A model generated the notes under the pieces. That model was not told the DNA's origin. It saw only the letters and a list, made by a program, of their open reading frames with translations, and made no database searches. From Planctomycetaceae bacterium (GTDB lineage Bacteria; Planctomycetota; Planctomycetia; Planctomycetales; Planctomycetaceae): a stretch of 64,000 nucleotides of DNA. The stretch is from positions 4,926-68,925 of the forward strand of contig JANQQW010000082.1 of the NCBI GenBank assembly GCA_028284885.1. The letters run 5' to 3'. Positions 44,920-54,579 of this stretch are shown piece after piece (the stretch's first letter is position 1; every line of letters starts with the position of its first letter). Position numbers and translations under genes: made by a program.

Positions 44920-46635
44920 GTGCAGAACGCGACGATCGCCCGACTCTTCGAGCAGCTGGCCGACCTCCTCGAACTCGACGGGGCGAACCCCTTCCGCGTC
45001 CGCGCCTATCGCAACGCGGCCCGCAAGATCGAGTCGCTCGCCGACGAGGTCGGCGGGCTGATCGAGTCGGGCGTGAAGCTCACCAAGCTCGAGGGGATCG
45101 GCAAGGACCTCGCCGCGAAGATCGAGACGATCGTCGAGACGGGCGTGCTCCCGCAGCTGGAGGAGATGCGGGAGAAGTTCCCGCCCGACGTGATGAAGAT
45201 GCTGCAGCTGCCGGGCATCGGCCCGAAGAAGGTCGCCGTCCTCGTCGGGGAACTCGGCGTCGAGACGTTGTCCGACCTGAAGGAGGCCGCACAGAACGGT
45301 CAGGTGGCCGCTCTCTCCGGATTCGGCAAGAAGACCGAACAGACGATCCTCGAGAACGTGGACGAGGTGAAGGACGCCGAGCAGCGGTACTACCTCGCCG
45401 ACGCGAAGGCCGAGGCGGACGCCGTCGTCGCCGACCTGCTGGAACTCGACTCGGTCGAGAAGGCAACCGTCGCGGGGAGTTGTCGACGTCTGAAGGAAAC
45501 GGTCGGCGACCTCGACGTGCTCGCCGTGGCCGCCGACTCCGCCGTCGTGATGGACCGCCTCGCCGAGAACCCGGTCGTCGTCAAGGTGCTCGCCCGCGGC
45601 GACACGAAGCAGCGCGTCCGGCTCGCCTCCGGGATCGAACTCGACCTCCGCGTCGTGCCCCGGGAGTCGTACGGGGCGGCCATGCAGTACTTCACCGGGT
45701 CGAAGGAGCACAACATCGTCACCCGCCGCATGGCCCAGGAACGGGGGCTCAAGCTCAACGAGTACGGCCTGTTCCGGGACGACGAGTACGTCGCCGGCGA
45801 GACGGAGGAGGACGTCTACGCCGAACTCGGGCTGCCGTGGGTCCCGCCGGAGCTGCGGGAGAACCGCCGCGAGTTCGAGTGGGCCGCGGAGAACGCGTTC
45901 CCCCAGTTGATCGAGCGGGACGACCTGCTGGGCGACCTGCACATGCACACGACGGCGACGGACGGCACGGCCTCGATCGCCGAGATGGCCGAGGCCGCCA
46001 AGACCCGCGGGCTCGAGTACGTCGCCATCACCGACCACTCCAAGCGGGTCGCGATGGCGAACGGCCTCGACGCCGACCGTCTCCGTGAGCACTGGGAGAA
46101 CGTCCGCAAGGCGAACGACGAGGTTGACGGCATCGAGATTCTGTGCGGCATCGAGTGCGACATCCTGGAGGACGCCACGCTCGACCTCCCGGACGACGTG
46201 CTCGCCGAGGCGGACTGGGTCGTCGCCGTGCTGCACTACGGACTGAAGCAGCCTCGCGAGAAGATCACCGAGCGGCTGCTGAACGCCATCCGCAACCCGC
46301 ACGTGCACGCCATCGGCCACCCCACCGGGCGGCTGCTCCTCAAGCGACCCGGTGCGAGCGTCGGCTTCGACGACGTCTACAAGGCGTGTGCGGACGAGGG
46401 CGTGTTCCTGGAGATCAACGCCCACCCCAGCCGGCTCGACCTCGACGACGTGCACGCCGCGGCCGCCAAGGAGCACGGCATCCCGATCGTGATCGACTCC
46501 GACGCCCACTCCGTCGACGGTTTCGACGTGCTGACCTACGGCGTCTACCAGGCCCGCCGTGCCGGACTGAGCCGCGAGGACGTCGCGAACACCCGGCCGC
46601 TCGGCGAGTTCCGGGCGATGCTGAAGACCTCGTGA
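44920..46635 (+). CDS. polX: DNA polymerase X family protein with C-terminal PHP domain
   Basis: '[33 protein letters not shown]' HhH start, '[16 protein letters not shown]' nucleotidyltransferase, PHP '[12 protein letters not shown] ... VAITDHS'. GTG 44920 is preferred because ATG 44866 lies inside the terminator hairpin. Confidence 0.88.
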   Translation: MQNATIARLFEQLADLLELDGANPFRVRAYRNAARKIESLADEVGGLIESGVKLTKLEGIGKDLAAKIETIVETGVLPQLEEMREKFPPDVMKMLQLPGIGPKKVAVLVGELGVETLSDLKEAAQNGQVAALSGFGKKTEQTILENVDEVKDAEQRYYLADAKAEADAVVADLLELDSVEKATVAGSCRRLKETVGDLDVLAVAADSAVVMDRLAENPVVVKVLARGDTKQRVRLASGIELDLRVVPRESYGAAMQYFTGSKEHNIVTRRMAQERGLKLNEYGLFRDDEYVAGETEEDVYAELGLPWVPPELRENRREFEWAAENAFPQLIERDDLLGDLHMHTTATDGTASIAEMAEAAKTRGLEYVAITDHSKRVAMANGLDADRLREHWENVRKANDEVDGIEILCGIECDILEDATLDLPDDVLAEADWVVAVLHYGLKQPREKITERLLNAIRNPHVHAIGHPTGRLLLKRPGASVGFDDVYKACADEGVFLEINAHPSRLDLDDVHAAAAKEHGIPIVIDSDAHSVDGFDVLTYGVYQARRAGLSREDVANTRPLGEFRAMLKTS

Positions 46636-46763
46636 CCGCCGGACGAAGTGCGAAGATTCGATGAATACGCGGGCCGCCGTCCGGCCGTTGCTCACGCTCC
46701 CCGACCGGTCCGAATAGCATGGCCGTACGGCAATCGGACCCCGACCCGCTCGACTGAACCGCC

Positions 46764-49700
46764 ATGTCCACCACCGGCCCCGAGCCCCTCGTCGACGTCG
46801 AACTCTGCGGCGGCCAGTACCGCATCGTCGACCTGCTCGACACGAACGCCTTCTGCCGGACGTTCGTCGCCGAGACCGACGAGATTGGAGTCGACGTGCT
46901 CGTCCGGTTCCCCACCGAGACGATCGCGGGGAACGACGTCTTCCGTGAGCGGTTCCGGCAGCGAGCCGAGCGGCTGAAGCTGGTCCCGAGCCCGCTGTTC
47001 ACGCGAATTCTCGAAGTGGGCGAGCACGAGCGAACGCCGTTCGTGGTCTCCGAGTACGTCACGGGGGGCACGCTCGAGGACCGTCGGATGCGGGACTACG
47101 AGGGGCACGCCGCCCCGCTGGACCCGTCTCATCTGACGGGTTGGCTGGTGGAGGTGGCACGGGCGCTCGACCAGATTCACTCGGACGGTCTGGTCTACCG
47201 GGACCTGCGTCCGGCGAACGTGCTGTTCGACATCGACGGCCGGGCCCGCCTCGCGGAGTTCTCGATCCCGTACGCGGTCCACCAACACGAGGACGAAGAG
47301 GGGCCGAACCTCACCGACGACCTGATGCCGGTCGGGACGGCGGAGTTCATGGCGCCGGAGATGATTCTCGACGGCCTTTGCGACGGCTTCAGCGACCAGT
47401 ACGCGTTGGGCGTGCTCGTCTACGACTGCCTCTGCGGCCGTCCTCCGTTCAGCAAGGGGGCCCGGAGCGCCACGTTGGCCGCCCACACGGAGGAGGACCC
47501 GCCAACGCCCGAGCAACTGGGGCTCACGGTCCCGCGGACCGTCGCCATCGCCCTGGCCACGGCGCTCGCCAAGGAACCGGACGAGCGGTACCCGACCTGC
47601 TCCGACTTCGCGACCACGTTCGTCGACGCGCTCGCCGCGGGCTCGGTTCGAGTCGCCGTCCCGGAGAGCGCTCCGCAAGCTGCCCCCACGGAGACGTTCG
47701 ACGCGCCGGAGAGCGAAGGCGAGTCGGCCGACGACGACGCGTGGTCGAACGAGGGGGACGACTGGTCGGACGACGATTTCGACGAAGAGGTGACCGACTA
47801 CGAATCCGACCCGGCCGCACCGGCGGCCGCCGAGGAACCGGACTCGCCCGCTGCCGGGGAGTCGGCTCCGCAGACGTCCGGGTCGGGCGGGGCTCCGCTG
47901 TGGAAGCGGCCGTTCGTCGTGGTCTCGGCGGTGGTCGTCCTGCCGATCCTGATCGTCGTGGGGTACTACGGCTACGTCCTGTTCCTGAAGCCGGAGGACG
48001 AGTTCGGAGCCAACCCGAACTTCGCGCGTCGCGCGCTGGGAAGCGGCCCTGCCGCCACCGAGACCCCAAGCGAGGCCGATGGAGGAAACGGGGGCGCGGG
48101 TGTTCCCCCGGCAGCCGTCGGCCAACCGGGTGGAAGAAAGCCCGGCCCTCCGGCGAAACTGGTCGGCAAGTTCCCGCCCGGCCCGCTCGCCCAGTGGATG
48201 CAGGCCACGAAGGTCACCGTCGACGTGAAGGCCGACGGCCCGCTCGACGCGTTGCAACAGGTCCTCGACTCCCGCGACGCGGAGGACAAGACGCTCACCG
48301 TCGACGTCGCCGCGCTCGCCACGCTCGACGCCTGCGGCATCACCTTCGAGAAGCAGTACGAGGACACACCGCTGGCGGCCGTGGTCCAGGAGATCGGGAC
48401 GCGGGTTCCGGAACTCTGCGTCGCGGTCACGGCCAAAAAGCGAGGACGCGTCACCACCCGGTCCGCTGCAGCGCTCGGCGGCTGGGGAACCGTCGGCCTC
48501 GTCGCACCGAAGAAGAGGCCCGCGCCGGCCGAACTAGCGAAAACGGAGGTCTTCGTCGATCTCGCCGGGCAGAAGCGTGAGTCCGCGATCACGATCGTCA
48601 CCGCCAAGGCGGGCATCGACCTGCGAATCGAGCCGGAGGCCTCCGCCCTGCTGCAGGACGTGCTGCCCGCCGACTTCTACGTCCGGGCGGACGAGGCCCG
48701 TGTCATCGCCGCTCGTCTGCTCGCGGGGACTCCGTTCGTGATCGCGCACGACGTGGAGGAGCCCGACGTGATGCGGCTGACGACGGTCGCGGCCGCCGAG
48801 CGAGCGGGGATGAAGTTGCTGCACCCCGAACGTGCCAGGCTGCTCGTTCGACTGGCACGAACGGCCGCCGTCGTCCCGGAGGACTTCGACCCGGCCGCCG
48901 ACGACTTGGCTGCGTTGTTCGAGGACTTCCTGAAGGCTGCGAACGCGGAGGCGTCGATCGAGGTCGAGCCACTCGAGGACGAGGCGCTCGTCGAACCGCT
49001 GCGGGCCCGGTTCCTGCGGATCGCCACCAAGCTGCCCCGCGGTGAGGCGGGCGAGCCGCCGGCCGAGGGTCTCGCGCCGTGGCAAACCGTGCTGGGCGTT
49101 CTCCACCTCCTCGTCGAGATGGAGCCCGAAGCCGTGTTCGTGGTCGACGGAGAGGCGAGCAAGGTCGTTCTGACGACGAAGGCCGCCGTCGCCCGCGACG
49201 GTCGCACGGCGTTTCCCGTCGCCGACGCGTTCCGCCAGCTGGAGCACGCCGAAGCCGCGGCATCGGTCGAGGCGAAGTCGAACTCGTTGAAGCAGCCGTT
49301 CGTCACGGTGCCGGCCGGCCGCACGTGGATGGGAGCGGCTCGCGAGGACGTGTTCGCCGAGGAGGACGAACGACCGCGGCACGAGATTCGGCTCACGCGG
49401 CCGACTCTGATGCTCGCCCGCGAGGTGACGCAGTTGGAGTTCGCGGTCGTGACGGGCCGGAACCCGAGTGCGTTCGCGACGACCGGCGACGAGGCGGCGA
49501 CCGTCTGTCGGGTCGACACGTCCCGGCTGCCGGTCGAGAACGTCACCTGGTTCGAGGCCGTCCAGTTCTGCAACGAGCTCAGCCGCCGGGAGAAGTTGTC
49601 GCCGTACTACGAGTTCGGCGACCCGCGGTACGCCGAGGACGGTTCGCTCGTCTCGGCCGACGTGACCTACCTGGGCGGCGACGGCTACCGGCTGCCGACC

Positions 49701-50114
49701 GAGGCGGAGTGGGAGTTCGCGGCCCGCGCGGGCGACGAGTTGCCTTGGTCGTACGGGCACGGCTACGGAGCCGAGTGGTACGCGTGGTTCGACGCCAACG
49801 CCGGCGACCGTCCTCGGAGGACGGGCACGCGGCGACCGAATGCGTTCGGTCTGCACGACCTGCACGGCAACGTGGGCGAGTGGGTCCAGGACCACTACAG
49901 CGCGTCGTCGTACCCGGGCACGCAGATCGACGACCCGACGGGCGAACGGTTCGGCCGCGACCGGGCGATCCGCGGCGGTGCTTTCGACACGGCGGCCACG
50001 GAGACCCGCAGTTCCGCTCGACGTGGTGCCGATCCCACGTCACGGAGCAAGTCGGTCGGCTTCCGAGTCTGCCGAACGCCCGTCGAGAAGGACGCGGTTG
50101 AGCCGCCGAAGTAG
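46764..50114 (+). CDS. Hanks-type Ser/Thr kinase-like (probably catalytically dead) domain, TM helix, C-terminal formylglycine-generating-enzyme (FGE-sulfatase) domain
   Basis: Kinase fold motifs 'YRDLRPANVLF', 'GTAEFMAPE', 'SDQYALGVLVYDCLCGRPPF', 'PDERYPT'. TM 'FVVVSAVVVLPILIVVGYYGYVLFL'. C-terminal 'RLPTEAEWEFAARAG ... GLHDLHGNVGEWVQD ... RAIRGGAF ... VGFRVCR'. Confidence 0.85.
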   Translation: MSTTGPEPLVDVELCGGQYRIVDLLDTNAFCRTFVAETDEIGVDVLVRFPTETIAGNDVFRERFRQRAERLKLVPSPLFTRILEVGEHERTPFVVSEYVTGGTLEDRRMRDYEGHAAPLDPSHLTGWLVEVARALDQIHSDGLVYRDLRPANVLFDIDGRARLAEFSIPYAVHQHEDEEGPNLTDDLMPVGTAEFMAPEMILDGLCDGFSDQYALGVLVYDCLCGRPPFSKGARSATLAAHTEEDPPTPEQLGLTVPRTVAIALATALAKEPDERYPTCSDFATTFVDALAAGSVRVAVPESAPQAAPTETFDAPESEGESADDDAWSNEGDDWSDDDFDEEVTDYESDPAAPAAAEEPDSPAAGESAPQTSGSGGAPLWKRPFVVVSAVVVLPILIVVGYYGYVLFLKPEDEFGANPNFARRALGSGPAATETPSEADGGNGGAGVPPAAVGQPGGRKPGPPAKLVGKFPPGPLAQWMQATKVTVDVKADGPLDALQQVLDSRDAEDKTLTVDVAALATLDACGITFEKQYEDTPLAAVVQEIGTRVPELCVAVTAKKRGRVTTRSAAALGGWGTVGLVAPKKRPAPAELAKTEVFVDLAGQKRESAITIVTAKAGIDLRIEPEASALLQDVLPADFYVRADEARVIAARLLAGTPFVIAHDVEEPDVMRLTTVAAAERAGMKLLHPERARLLVRLARTAAVVPEDFDPAADDLAALFEDFLKAANAEASIEVEPLEDEALVEPLRARFLRIATKLPRGEAGEPPAEGLAPWQTVLGVLHLLVEMEPEAVFVVDGEASKVVLTTKAAVARDGRTAFPVADAFRQLEHAEAAASVEAKSNSLKQPFVTVPAGRTWMGAAREDVFAEEDERPRHEIRLTRPTLMLAREVTQLEFAVVTGRNPSAFATTGDEAATVCRVDTSRLPVENVTWFEAVQFCNELSRREKLSPYYEFGDPRYAEDGSLVSADVTYLGGDGYRLPTEAEWEFAARAGDELPWSYGHGYGAEWYAWFDANAGDRPRRTGTRRPNAFGLHDLHGNVGEWVQDHYSASSYPGTQIDDPTGERFGRDRAIRGGAFDTAATETRSSARRGADPTSRSKSVGFRVCRTPVEKDAVEPPK

Positions 50115-50472
50115 GCAGAAGAGCGGCCGAAAAAGTGACGGAGAATTCGGCTTGACCCGTTTTCGGGATCTCCGTACCTTCCCGCCCGTCGTCGTCACGG
50201 CGACTCCTCACGGGCTCTCCGAGCCCTGCCAACTTCCCGCCGTTCCGGCGACCGATTTCCCCCTGAACCACGAGACCTCGACCAACGCACTCGTGCGTGG
50301 CCTTCGCCTGCGCCCTCGAGTGTGACGATATCCGCGCCCCGGAAGCCACAGGAGTCTTTCGCCCCCCTGAGACCCTTGGCTTTCGGGGCATTTTCGTGCG
50401 CCGACGGAACGGCTTGCAGGCGGGGGACCACGGCTGCGAGAATTCGGCCACCGACCCCGACGAGCCCACACG

Positions 50473-51870
50473 ATGTCCGCCGACGCTGCCTACCAGACCT
50501 ACATCCTGCCCGAGGACGACTCGCGGTTCGCCGTGGACGAGATCGTGCCGGTCGATCCGTTCGCCGGTCGGCTCGTCGACGTGGAGTACGACTGGGACAA
50601 GGTGCCCGTTCCGTCGTCGCTGCGGGAGCTCGAGTCACGATGGTACACGCGACGGAACCCGCTCGACCGGTCCGGCGTGTGGCGGTTCCGCGAGCTGCTG
50701 CCGTTCGCCACCGACGAGCAGATCGTCACCATCGGCGAGGGGCAGACCCTCCTGCAGCGATGTGACGAGATCGCCCTGGACGTCGGGCTGAAGGCGAACG
50801 GGCTGCACCTGCAGTACGAGGGGATGAACCCCAGCGGCAGCTTCAAGGACAACGGCATGACGGCCGCGTCCACGCACGCCCGCATCGTCGGGGCGACGAG
50901 CGCGGCCTGTGCCTCGACCGGCAACACGTCCGCCTCGCTCGCCATCTACTCCTCCGCCACCAAGCTGTTCCGCTGCTTCGTCTTCATCGGCAGCGGCAAG
51001 ATCGCGTACGGCAAGCTGTCGCAGGCCCTCGACTACGGGGCCCACACCATCCAGATCGAAGGGGACTTCGACGACGCCCTCGTCCGCGTTCGCGAGGTCT
51101 GTGCCGAACTCGGCATCTACCTCTGCAACAGCGTCAACCCGTTCCGTCTGGAGGGACAGAAGGCGATCATGTATCGCATTCTCGAGGAACTCGACTGGGA
51201 GCCGCCGGACTGGATCGTCGTGCCGGGCGGCAACCTGGGGAACTCGTCGGCGTTCGGCAAGGCGTTCGCGGAGCTGAAGCACCTCGGCCTCGTCGATCGC
51301 GTCCCCCGGCTCGCCGTGATCAACGCCGAGGGCTCGAACACGCTGTACGACATGTACGAGCACCACGGCATTCGCTGGAACGACGGCCGGCCGCCCCTCG
51401 AGGACGTCGACTCGTACTTCGAGACCATGAACGCCGAGGACCGCCGGGCCTCGACGATCGCGACGGCGATCGAGATCAACCGGCCGGTCAACCTGCTGAA
51501 GTGCCTGCGAGCCCTCGAGACGATGGACGGTGTGGTTCGCGAAGTGTCCGACGAGGAGATTCTCGACGGCAAGGCGATGGTCGGAGCTCACGGGTTCGGA
51601 TGCGAACCCGCCAGCGGAGCAACCATCGCCGGCGTCCGCCGCCTGCGGGAGGAGGGAGTGATCGCCCCGAGTGACCGCGTGGCGTGCGTACTGACCGGGC
51701 ACGAGCTGAAGGACCCGACGGCCACCGTCTCGTACCACTCTTCCCCCCCGAACTCGCCAGACGACGTACTCACCGCACGCGGTGTAACCCGAACGCCGCT
51801 CGCCAACCGCCCGGTCGTCGTCCCGAACGACTTGAACCGACTCGTGGAGGTCGTCCGCGGAATCGGGTAG
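50473..51870 (+). CDS. thrC: Threonine synthase
   Basis: '[10 protein letters not shown]', '[14 protein letters not shown]' (PLP lysine), '[13 protein letters not shown]', '[16 protein letters not shown]'. Confidence 0.92.
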   Translation: MSADAAYQTYILPEDDSRFAVDEIVPVDPFAGRLVDVEYDWDKVPVPSSLRELESRWYTRRNPLDRSGVWRFRELLPFATDEQIVTIGEGQTLLQRCDEIALDVGLKANGLHLQYEGMNPSGSFKDNGMTAASTHARIVGATSAACASTGNTSASLAIYSSATKLFRCFVFIGSGKIAYGKLSQALDYGAHTIQIEGDFDDALVRVREVCAELGIYLCNSVNPFRLEGQKAIMYRILEELDWEPPDWIVVPGGNLGNSSAFGKAFAELKHLGLVDRVPRLAVINAEGSNTLYDMYEHHGIRWNDGRPPLEDVDSYFETMNAEDRRASTIATAIEINRPVNLLKCLRALETMDGVVREVSDEEILDGKAMVGAHGFGCEPASGATIAGVRRLREEGVIAPSDRVACVLTGHELKDPTATVSYHSSPPNSPDDVLTARGVTRTPLANRPVVVPNDLNRLVEVVRGIG

Positions 51871-51918
51871 ACTCCAGTCTCGCGGAGAAGGGGTGGGGAA
51901 GCTGAACGGAGTCGTCCG

Positions 51919-52419
51919 ATGATGAATCGCTTCGAGGAACTGGAGTACCTGGCGGACTTCATCCCCGACGAGGGGGAGTCGATCGTCGTCACGCGCCGGC
52001 ACGGCGAGTTGCTGTGCGAACCCGCGCGAACCGAGACCCAGGAAGCCCCTGTCGCCGAGTTCGACCCGGCGATGTACGGGCGACTCGTGCAGTCGAACGA
52101 ACGGCTGAACGCGGTCGGCTCGATGCCGATCTTCGTCTGCGTGACCGCGTGGTTCTGGACGTGCGTCGCCACGCACCTCGTGACCGGGCTCGGCTGGCAG
52201 GCGTGGTATCTCGACGTCGGCTTCGCGCTGATGGCCGCGATGGCCTGCCACACTTGGATTCGACGTCGGCAGGCACGGCTGTTCCGTTCGGAGATTCGCC
52301 CGGTGCTGGCCCGCATCGCCTACGAGCGCGGCGTCGACCAGTTCGCCATGATGGGGGCCATGCGGCAACGTCCCGAACTCCGCACGTTGCTCGACGACAT
52401 GGCCCGCTGGATCGACTGA
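51919..52419 (+). CDS. Hypothetical membrane protein
   Basis: 166-aa ORF with two hydrophobic helices ('[23 protein letters not shown]', '[18 protein letters not shown]') and high GC3. Confidence 0.55.
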   Translation: MMNRFEELEYLADFIPDEGESIVVTRRHGELLCEPARTETQEAPVAEFDPAMYGRLVQSNERLNAVGSMPIFVCVTAWFWTCVATHLVTGLGWQAWYLDVGFALMAAMACHTWIRRRQARLFRSEIRPVLARIAYERGVDQFAMMGAMRQRPELRTLLDDMARWID

Positions 52420-52514
52420 CGGCCGGTCCGTTCGGAAGGTTCTCGCAGCCGCGTCCCGGTTTGGTCGCACCACGTCCGTGGCGAGTTCGCCCGCCGCCCT
52501 GCTCGATTCGACGC

Positions 52515-53453
52515 ATGTCCCACTACGCGACCCGACTGCACGACGCCGTCCGCCGCACCGGAACGCCCGCCCTGGTCGGGCTGGACCCTCGGTTCGAGCG
52601 TCTCCCGGCACCGGTCGTGCGGGCGGCCCGCGAGCGGACCTCGACCGACCTCGCCGTTCGGGCGGCCGCGTTCGAGGAGTTCTGCAAGCGGATCGTCGAC
52701 GTCGTCGCGCCGCTCGTTCCGGCCGTCAAGCCGCAAGCGGCGTTCTTCGAGGAACTCGGTCCGGCGGGTTGCACGGCTCTCGAACGCGTGATCCGCCATG
52801 CCCGAGCCGCCGGTCTCGTCGTGATCTGCGACGCCAAGCGAGGCGACATCGGATCGACGGCCGAGGCGTACGCGCGGGCGTATCTCGCCGGAGCCGACCC
52901 GGACGGAGCGGTCTGGGGGGCGGACGCTCTCACGGTCAGCCCCTACCTCGGGGCAGACACGCTGCGGCCCTTCGTGGACGTGGCCGTCGAACGGGGGGCC
53001 GGCATCTACGTCCTCGTCCGCACCAGCAATCCGGGAGCCGGCACCTTCCAGGACCTCCGGTTCGAGGACGGCGAGTCGCCGAAACTCGTCTACCAGCAGG
53101 TTGCCGGTGTCGTCGAGGAACTGGCGGCCGAGACGGCCGACGACCAGGGCTACGGCTGCGTCGGCGCCGTCGTGGGGGCAACCTATCCGGCCGAACTCGC
53201 CGAAGTCCGGTCGGCGATGCCGCACGTGCCGCTGCTCGTGCCCGGATACGGCAGTCAGGGCGGCACGGCGTCCGACGTCGCGGGCGGCTTCGACCAGAAC
53301 GGTCTCGGTGCCGTGGTGAACTCGTCGCGGGCGATCAACTTCGCCCATGCCGCCGAGCCGTACGCCGAGCAGTTCGGTGACGACCGCTGGGAAGAGGCCG
53401 TGCTGGCGGCCACGAAACGAATGGTCGCCGACCTCTCGGCCGTCGCGAACTGA
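52515..53453 (+). CDS. pyrF: Orotidine 5'-phosphate decarboxylase (type 2)
   Basis: 'ALVGLDPR', '[10 protein letters not shown]', '[14 protein letters not shown]', 'ALTVSPYLG', 'VLVRTSNPG', '[10 protein letters not shown]'. Start set at ATG 52515. Confidence 0.9.
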   Translation: MSHYATRLHDAVRRTGTPALVGLDPRFERLPAPVVRAARERTSTDLAVRAAAFEEFCKRIVDVVAPLVPAVKPQAAFFEELGPAGCTALERVIRHARAAGLVVICDAKRGDIGSTAEAYARAYLAGADPDGAVWGADALTVSPYLGADTLRPFVDVAVERGAGIYVLVRTSNPGAGTFQDLRFEDGESPKLVYQQVAGVVEELAAETADDQGYGCVGAVVGATYPAELAEVRSAMPHVPLLVPGYGSQGGTASDVAGGFDQNGLGAVVNSSRAINFAHAAEPYAEQFGDDRWEEAVLAATKRMVADLSAVAN

Positions 53454-53468
53454 CGCCAGCCGCCGTCG

Positions 53469-53723
53469 TCAGCGTTTCTTCTGCAGCACGTCGAAGACGA
53501 ACAGCAACGCCATCGAACCGAGCACGGCGAGGCCGATGCTGCGGAAGTCGAAGCTGTTCACCGTGCCCCAGCCGATGCGGGTACCGATCCATCCGCCGAG
53601 CATCGAGCCGGCGACACCGACGAGGATCGTCCAGATGATGCCGCCCCCCTGCCGGCCCGGCAGGAGGTACCGCGCGAGTCCGCCCGCGATCAAGCCAAGC
53701 ACGGCCCAGCCAATGATGCTCAT
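53469..53723 (-). CDS. GlsB/YeaQ/YmgE family stress-response membrane protein
   Basis: 'IIGWAVLGLIAGGLARYLLPGRQGGGIIWTILVGVAGSMLGGWIG' is typical of the transglycosylase-associated protein family. Confidence 0.85.
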   Translation of the reverse strand: MSIIGWAVLGLIAGGLARYLLPGRQGGGIIWTILVGVAGSMLGGWIGTRIGWGTVNSFDFRSIGLAVLGSMALLFVFDVLQKKR

Positions 53724-53850
53724 CGTCTTCTTCCGTTCGGGTGTGTGGAGACCGCCCGCCGTCTGATTCTTCGCAGCGCCTTCGCCGCGTGTCCACGCAG
53801 CACGCTCGTCGAACGGCGATTTTCACCAACCTCGTCGCGGTCGCATCGAA

Positions 53851-54426
53851 TCACTCGCTCGCATTGACGTTCACCCAGCGAGTCACCGGAATCCGAGCCG
53901 CGAGGCCCGGGAAGTCCGGATCGACCAGCCCCGCCGAGGCGGCCCCCTCCCAAGTCCCCTCGTTCCGGTCGCAAGACTTGAGCAGGACGAGCGTCTCCGC
54001 CGGCCAGCGTTGTGCGACCCACGCGGCGATCGAGTCGCTCGTCACGTCCCACGTTCTTGGAAGGGGCAGTCCGCCCGTGCGTGCCACCGCGGCCTCCTCC
54101 AACTCGAGGAAGGCGGGCGTCGCGAGAACGGCCGGGCGGCCGGAGTCCCAGAGGGTGGTCGCCGCGTGTCGAGTCGAGCAGGTTTCGGTGCCGAGCCACC
54201 CGGCGACCATCGTCGCCGTGACCCCCATCGCCTCGACCGCGAGCCGATGAGCGAGTTCGTCGCCCAGCCCGTGGGTCCGGTCCCACCCGCGGACGACGTC
54301 GACGAGGGCGCCGCCGCCGACGACCACCAACGCACGGAGGCTCTCCCGAACCAGTGCCGGCAGTCGGTTCGAGAGATCCGGCTGCTTCAGCAGGCTGCCG
54401 CCCAACTTGTAGACCACGACCGACAT
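53851..54426 (-). CDS. Short amino-acid-kinase-fold protein (COG2054-like; possibly MfnE-type kinase)
   Basis: 'VVYKLGGSLL ... LVVVGGGALVD ... DVTSDSIAAWVA ... LVLLKSCD' is an amino-acid kinase fold but only about 190 aa. Start set at ATG 54426. Confidence 0.65.
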   Translation of the reverse strand: MSVVVYKLGGSLLKQPDLSNRLPALVRESLRALVVVGGGALVDVVRGWDRTHGLGDELAHRLAVEAMGVTATMVAGWLGTETCSTRHAATTLWDSGRPAVLATPAFLELEEAAVARTGGLPLPRTWDVTSDSIAAWVAQRWPAETLVLLKSCDRNEGTWEGAASAGLVDPDFPGLAARIPVTRWVNVNASE

Positions 54427-54480
54427 GCGAGCATAGTACCGCGACGCAAACGGTTCCGACATATCACCTTGCGGACGCCG

Positions 54481-54510
54481 TTGACCCTTTCTCGCCGTCG
54501 CGAATAGACT
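54481..54510 (+). promoter_or_regulatory. Candidate sigma70-type promoter for kdsD
   Basis: TTGACC, 18 nt, TAGACT, about 70 nt upstream of ATG 54580 in a divergent intergenic region. Confidence 0.3.
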
Positions 54511-54579
54511 CCCGTCCCTTCCCTAGCCGCTCGCGACCCCTCGGCGCGTGCGGATCCCCTACTCCGTCAAGGGCGACGG

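Noticed and set aside
42598-46695. A 1365-aa ORF on the minus strand, the longest in the track
   Set aside because: Only its last 449 codons (42598-43947, from MRPNRHGDR with a signal peptide) look like a real PQQ/BamB-like propeller. The rest runs antisense to the well-supported polX and Cys-rich genes, is Arg/Gly/Val/Asp-rich low-information sequence, and crosses a strong terminator. It is a typical high-GC read-through artefact.
50139-50449. The duplicated 11-mer GAGAATTCGGC (two EcoRI sites 297 nt apart) as a possible operator pair or element boundary
   Set aside because: The repeat is only 11 nt, with no extended similarity or palindromic partner around either copy. It cannot be distinguished from chance without genome-wide counts. 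It is mentioned only as part of the thrC-leader finding.
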